64,000 nucleotides of DNA from Eledone cirrhosa. Taxonomy: Eukaryota. Shown piece after piece: positions 59,457-64,000 of the stretch. The position numbers and the translations under genes were made by a program. The stretch is taken from the NCBI GenBank assembly GCA_964016885.1, contig OZ024740.1:401698001-401762000 (forward strand), read 5' to 3'. A model generated the notes under the pieces. It made no database searches. It was not told the origin of the DNA and saw only the letters and a list, made by a program, of their open reading frames with translations. Within the stretch, counting starts at the first letter, position 1. The number at the start of each line of letters is the position of its first letter.

Positions 59457-59501
<45 letters not shown>

Positions 59502-59571
59502 ACTTTCTCTCACTCTCTCTCTCACTCACTCTATCTATCTCTCTCTCTCTCTCTCTCCCTCTTTCTCCCCC

Positions 59572-59608
<37 letters not shown>

Positions 59609-59674
59609 ATATCTCTGAACACTATATAAGTATATGGGAGTGTGTGTGCTTCGGTGTCACTGTGTGGCTGCATG

Positions 59675-59713
<39 letters not shown>

Positions 59714-59820
59714 ATGTCTGCGTGTGTATATACGTGTGAGTATCTGCGTGTGTATCCATCACAATTTTGTGTTAGTTCTCACGTTTATTCAATTCTACGT
59801 GTGTAAATTATCTCTCTCTT

Positions 59821-59883
<63 letters not shown>

Positions 59884-59902
59884 CTCTCTCTATCTCTTTC
59901 TC

Positions 59903-59961
<59 letters not shown>

Positions 59962-59975
59962 ATATATATATATAT

Positions 59976-60110
59976 AGAAATAGCCGTCGAAACGGCTTAA
60001 GCTCTGCCGTCGGGGTCATACTTGTTCCCATTACCCACTCTACTACCCTAAGTATTGAGTACTTTGGTGCGTTATCGTCCAACTGGTTCCTTACCACAAT
60101 TCCTTCGTTA
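59976..60110 (+). mobile_element. F2 mini-element (single arm)
   Basis: GAAA cggc...gccg U C ggggtc, tail containing gtattgagtac. Confidence 0.7.
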
Positions 60111-60130
60111 TATATATATATATATATATA

Positions 60131-60332
60131 AATATTGAAATATTTACTTCTGTTCACAGATTGACTTTTTTAGTTTCAGAAGATCCCATTAAGGGTGAAA
60201 GCACCGATTCTTTGCTTAAACTTTAATCTGTTATTTTAATAAATATTTGTTTTACGGTTCTTATATATTTGATATATATTTATCCTTAAGAGCCCTCTTT
60301 AGATTTTAGTCTTCAAATTTATTATTATTACT
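60131..60332 (+). mobile_element. Mini-element with HHR (60172-60222, U4A change); its 3' 30 bp recur at 431, 1748, 2795
   Basis: aguuu CAGAAGA u ccc-auuaa-ggg u GAAA gca...ugc U U / aaacu. Confidence 0.65.
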
Positions 60333-60348
60333 ATATATATATATATAT

Positions 60349-61083
60349 GTTGCTCGCACCAACCGGAGGTATATGGTCTTTAAAGCGATGAAATACCAAT
60401 GATGGTTGGAAGATCACTGATGAAGGACTAACTTTATTCATATGTAAGCCATTAGCAACCACGCAGCAGGTTTATTCTCATATTTACACATATTTTTTTC
60501 CCCGCTGTCACCCGTCTATTTCGTTCTTACTGCTTCCTCTTTCTCTGTATCTTTACCCTCTCTAACAGTCACACTCTCTCTGTTAGCCTCTTCCTCACCC
60601 TTCACTCACTCACTCTCTGTTACTACCTCTCCTCCTCCTCCTCATCCTCCTCCTTCCCGTTTGACCTGTGCGTAATTCTTTTCTTTCGCACCCTTGGTCA
60701 GGCAGGTCACTTTTTTTCTCTCTCTCGTCTACGATTTCACAGAACTTATGTTCACCGAATTCACAGACTAGATTCCTTCTTCCTCCCGTTAGACTTGTAC
60801 GGAATTCCTTCCTTGCTCACATTCCAACCCGGTTTGATGGTCTTTATTCTCTCTCATTCACGATTTCACCGAACTTATATTCATGGAAATTTGGGACTTG
60901 ACTCCTTCTTCCTCACTTTTCGTTGCTTCACCATCTTTGTTTGTTTACACTCTCGTGTTCCCTTTATTTACGTGTCCCAACGACTTTTTTTAGCCGTTGC
61001 TCGCACCAACCGGAGGTATATGGTCTTTAAAGCGATGAAATACCAATGATGGTTGGAAGATCACTGATGAAGGACTAACTTTA

Positions 61084-61090
<7 letters not shown>
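60349..61090. mobile_element. 647-bp unit with identical 95-bp terminal direct repeats in (TA)n
   Basis: 60349-60443 equals 60996-61090. Confidence 0.8.
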
Positions 61091-61138
<48 letters not shown>

Positions 61139-61140
61139 CT

Positions 61141-61742
61141 TATCCCCTGTGATTGTTTCATGTGTTTATTTTAAATATATATATATGTCAATCAGTTTCT
61201 AGTTGATATAAAATGCTCGGATCTATTCATTGGAATCTTTGAGCTTATTCTACGGTGGATATGACGCATGTCTTGGACATGACTCCCTTAATTTGATTTA
61301 ATTTTGGATATATACACGGCCCCTTAATTGTAGAGCTACACAGTTGAAAGGACACGGCTGCTATTTCTAGCTGTCGATCACCCTATTCACGCCACTGGGA
61401 TGACGCTGTGTGTAGTTCTTAAAAGTGCATCATGTGCTACGGGTCACTCGCAGATATGCATTTGATGTGTAAACATAGATAATTAAATCTTCTCCCTTGC
61501 TGAAGATCCAACTTTTTGACTACTGCGAGTTTACGGATTAATGGTGAAATATATTTCTTTAATGAAATATATACAAGGAAGTTTAAACATTTTTAAAAGG
61601 TAATATTTGAAGTTCTAGTTAAACATTAATTAGTCACCTACCTAGCTGTGTTGTGCTTACACGCGTTACAAATTATCCCGTGTGATTCTTTCATGCGTTT
61701 ATTTTAAATATATATATATGTCAATAAGTTTCTAGTTGATAT
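61141..61742 (+). mobile_element. 1.13 copies of the ~532-bp HHR unit (candidate retrozyme), circularly permuted relative to 15309
   Basis: 61141 repeats at 61674 (period 533); homologous to 15309-16104. Confidence 0.8.
61495..61578 (+). ncRNA. Full type I HHR
   Basis: ccuug CUGAAGA u cca...ugg u GAAA uauauuuc-uuuaau-gaaauaua U A / caagg; predicted cleavage after 61573. Confidence 0.8.
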
Positions 61743-61743
61743 A

Positions 61744-61863
<120 letters not shown>

Positions 61864-61908
61864 TATATAATTATATAGTTAATATACTTATTATATAGTT
61901 AATATACT

Positions 61909-61975
<67 letters not shown>

Positions 61976-62374
61976 TTATATATAATATAAGATCAAAAAA
62001 TGGTTAAAAGAGTTCCATGTATTTTATTATGCGCATTGCAAAATCAAATATCATCATGGGATGATACCTGCGTTCTCATCAGATAAAATAGGGAGACATG
62101 ATATGACGTTTAAAAAACACTTGCGAGCAGCGAAGTGTTAAATCTACATATTATAAATAAAATAAGATGGATATATGAGATTGGGAGAAAAAGAAGGAAG
62201 GGGGAAGGAAAGGTAAGGAAGAGGAAGAAAGAAAATAAAGGATGACGGGGGAGGAGTATAAGAAGGAAGGATGAGAAATGAGTGAGAGAGAGATAGCCTT
62301 TAATACTGAGAAACACTGTCTCACAGAGAGAAATAAAAAAAAACCGTTGTAAGATAATACATAATATACTTAAT

Positions 62375-62660
62375 ATATAAGGAAAAAAGATGAAATAGAA
62401 AATGCAACTGGAGTCTTTTAAAAAATATATATATTTATTTGGTTCCTTTACCGGTTTCACAGTTCTTCTGCCTTTCAAAAGTAGAATTGAATTAGAGGGT
62501 TTGTGGTTTTTCTCACTGAGAAAAACCACAAACCCTCCATCTCAATTCTACTTTTGAAAAGCACAAGAACTGCGAAACCGGTAAAGGAACCAAATAAATA
62601 TTTTTTTTTTTTTAAAAGACTCCAGTTGCATTTTCGATTTCATCTTCTTTCCTTATACTT
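62375..62660. mobile_element. Fold-back element centred at 62516 with a U3-A8 HHR-like motif (62546-62589, +)
   Basis: ~140-bp arms around tctca-c-tgaga; cuu UUGAAAA gca...ugc GAAA ccgg U A / aag. Confidence 0.7.
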
Positions 62661-62861
62661 TCCCTCGTGTAGGACACCTCGTTTTTTTTTCATTTTGTAA
62701 AAAAACCTCACTTTCTAATACTTAATATATATATATATATATGTGTGTGTGGGAGTGTGTGTGTCTGCGTGTGTATGTGAATTTTTCCTTGGGCTCTGAA
62801 CTCCTGATCGAATTGTTACATATTGTATGTTTTAGGATTTGAATGAAATTGCTTTAAAAGT

Positions 62862-62970
<109 letters not shown>

Positions 62971-63223
62971 ATATTATTATCTTTTGACCTCTCTCTCTCA
63001 CTCACCTATACCTATATAGTTTGTCTACCATAGAAACTTACGTACACAGTTAATTATTTACTCATAATATTTCACATAAGATACGAATCCGTATGGATAA
63101 GAACATATGTGTGTACATTTGTATGTTCTTGAATACACACAACTATAAACTGAGCGTATGTTTAAAAATACGTCTATGTTGCTACCTAAATACGTACATA
63201 CACTTCCATCTATATGTATTTGC

Positions 63224-63254
<31 letters not shown>

Positions 63255-63350
63255 ATCCACAAATTATTTCATATACACGCTTGTACACATATACACATAT
63301 GTGTGTGTGTGTGTGAGTGTGTGCGTGTATGTGTGTGTGTGTGTGTGTAG

Positions 63351-63407
<57 letters not shown>

Positions 63408-64000
63408 CTATGTGTGTGTGTCTGTGTGCGTGTAAGAGTGTAAGTATTTATGTATGTAGGAATGTTTACTTACATACCCTTTTATACATTTACTTGTCTG
63501 CTGACAGTTCAGAAGCAGAAGTGAATCATTGAAAAGTCAAGTTTGACTTTACAAACACAAGAGTTACGTAAACAAAGCTAGAAAAATATTTTGGACGATT
63601 TCTTCCAGACACTGTATAATCTGCAACTACTTTCAGGAAAATCCTGCCAACTGCAGCAAACAATATTCTTTTCACAGATACATGTTAACGTTGTTTAACC
63701 TCAGATCACAGATATTCAAAACACAATTCATCTTTGGTAGCTTCCCAATCTTTTAGAACGATAAATTTTATTGTATGTGTTTTTAGAGAAACTAAAACTT
63801 TCTTACATACATATACATAATATGAAATGTATATATATATGTATGTATAGAGAGAGTGAAGGTGAGAGATAGTGTGAGAGAATCGGAAGCTCGACGAATT
63901 TCCAGTCGATTTTGACAATTAGTGTCCCATTTATATGCTCAAAGGAACGTCCTATATATGTCTCAAGTTCCATTTACCGGTACATTGACAAAGTGATGTT

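Overview
AT-rich eukaryotic DNA, most likely an octopod cephalopod (inferred from repeat content: dense (TA)n/(CA)n/(AAT)n/(TACA)n microsatellites, a tRNA-derived SINE family, L1/Tx1 and RTE LINE remnants, mariner). No host gene can be supported, and most listed ORFs are microsatellite read-through. The window is dominated by Penelope-like retroelements (PLEs) inserted in (TA)n. Two large RT+GIY-YIG copies (19.0-22.0 kb, 45.3-50.3 kb) have inverted 3' duplications and an unusually long insertion between RT motifs A and B'. There are also many short fold-back mini-elements and more than 12 type I hammerhead ribozyme (HHR) motifs read by eye. The most notable item is a non-coding ~532-bp unit present twice (15.3-16.1 kb, 61.1-61.7 kb) as circularly permuted, terminally redundant insertions. 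It carries a full HHR whose two copies differ by the compensatory C3-G8 to U3-A8 core change, and one insertion starts at the predicted self-cleavage site, making it a candidate retrozyme / circular-RNA element. All RNA folds were made manually; no searches or folding programs were run.
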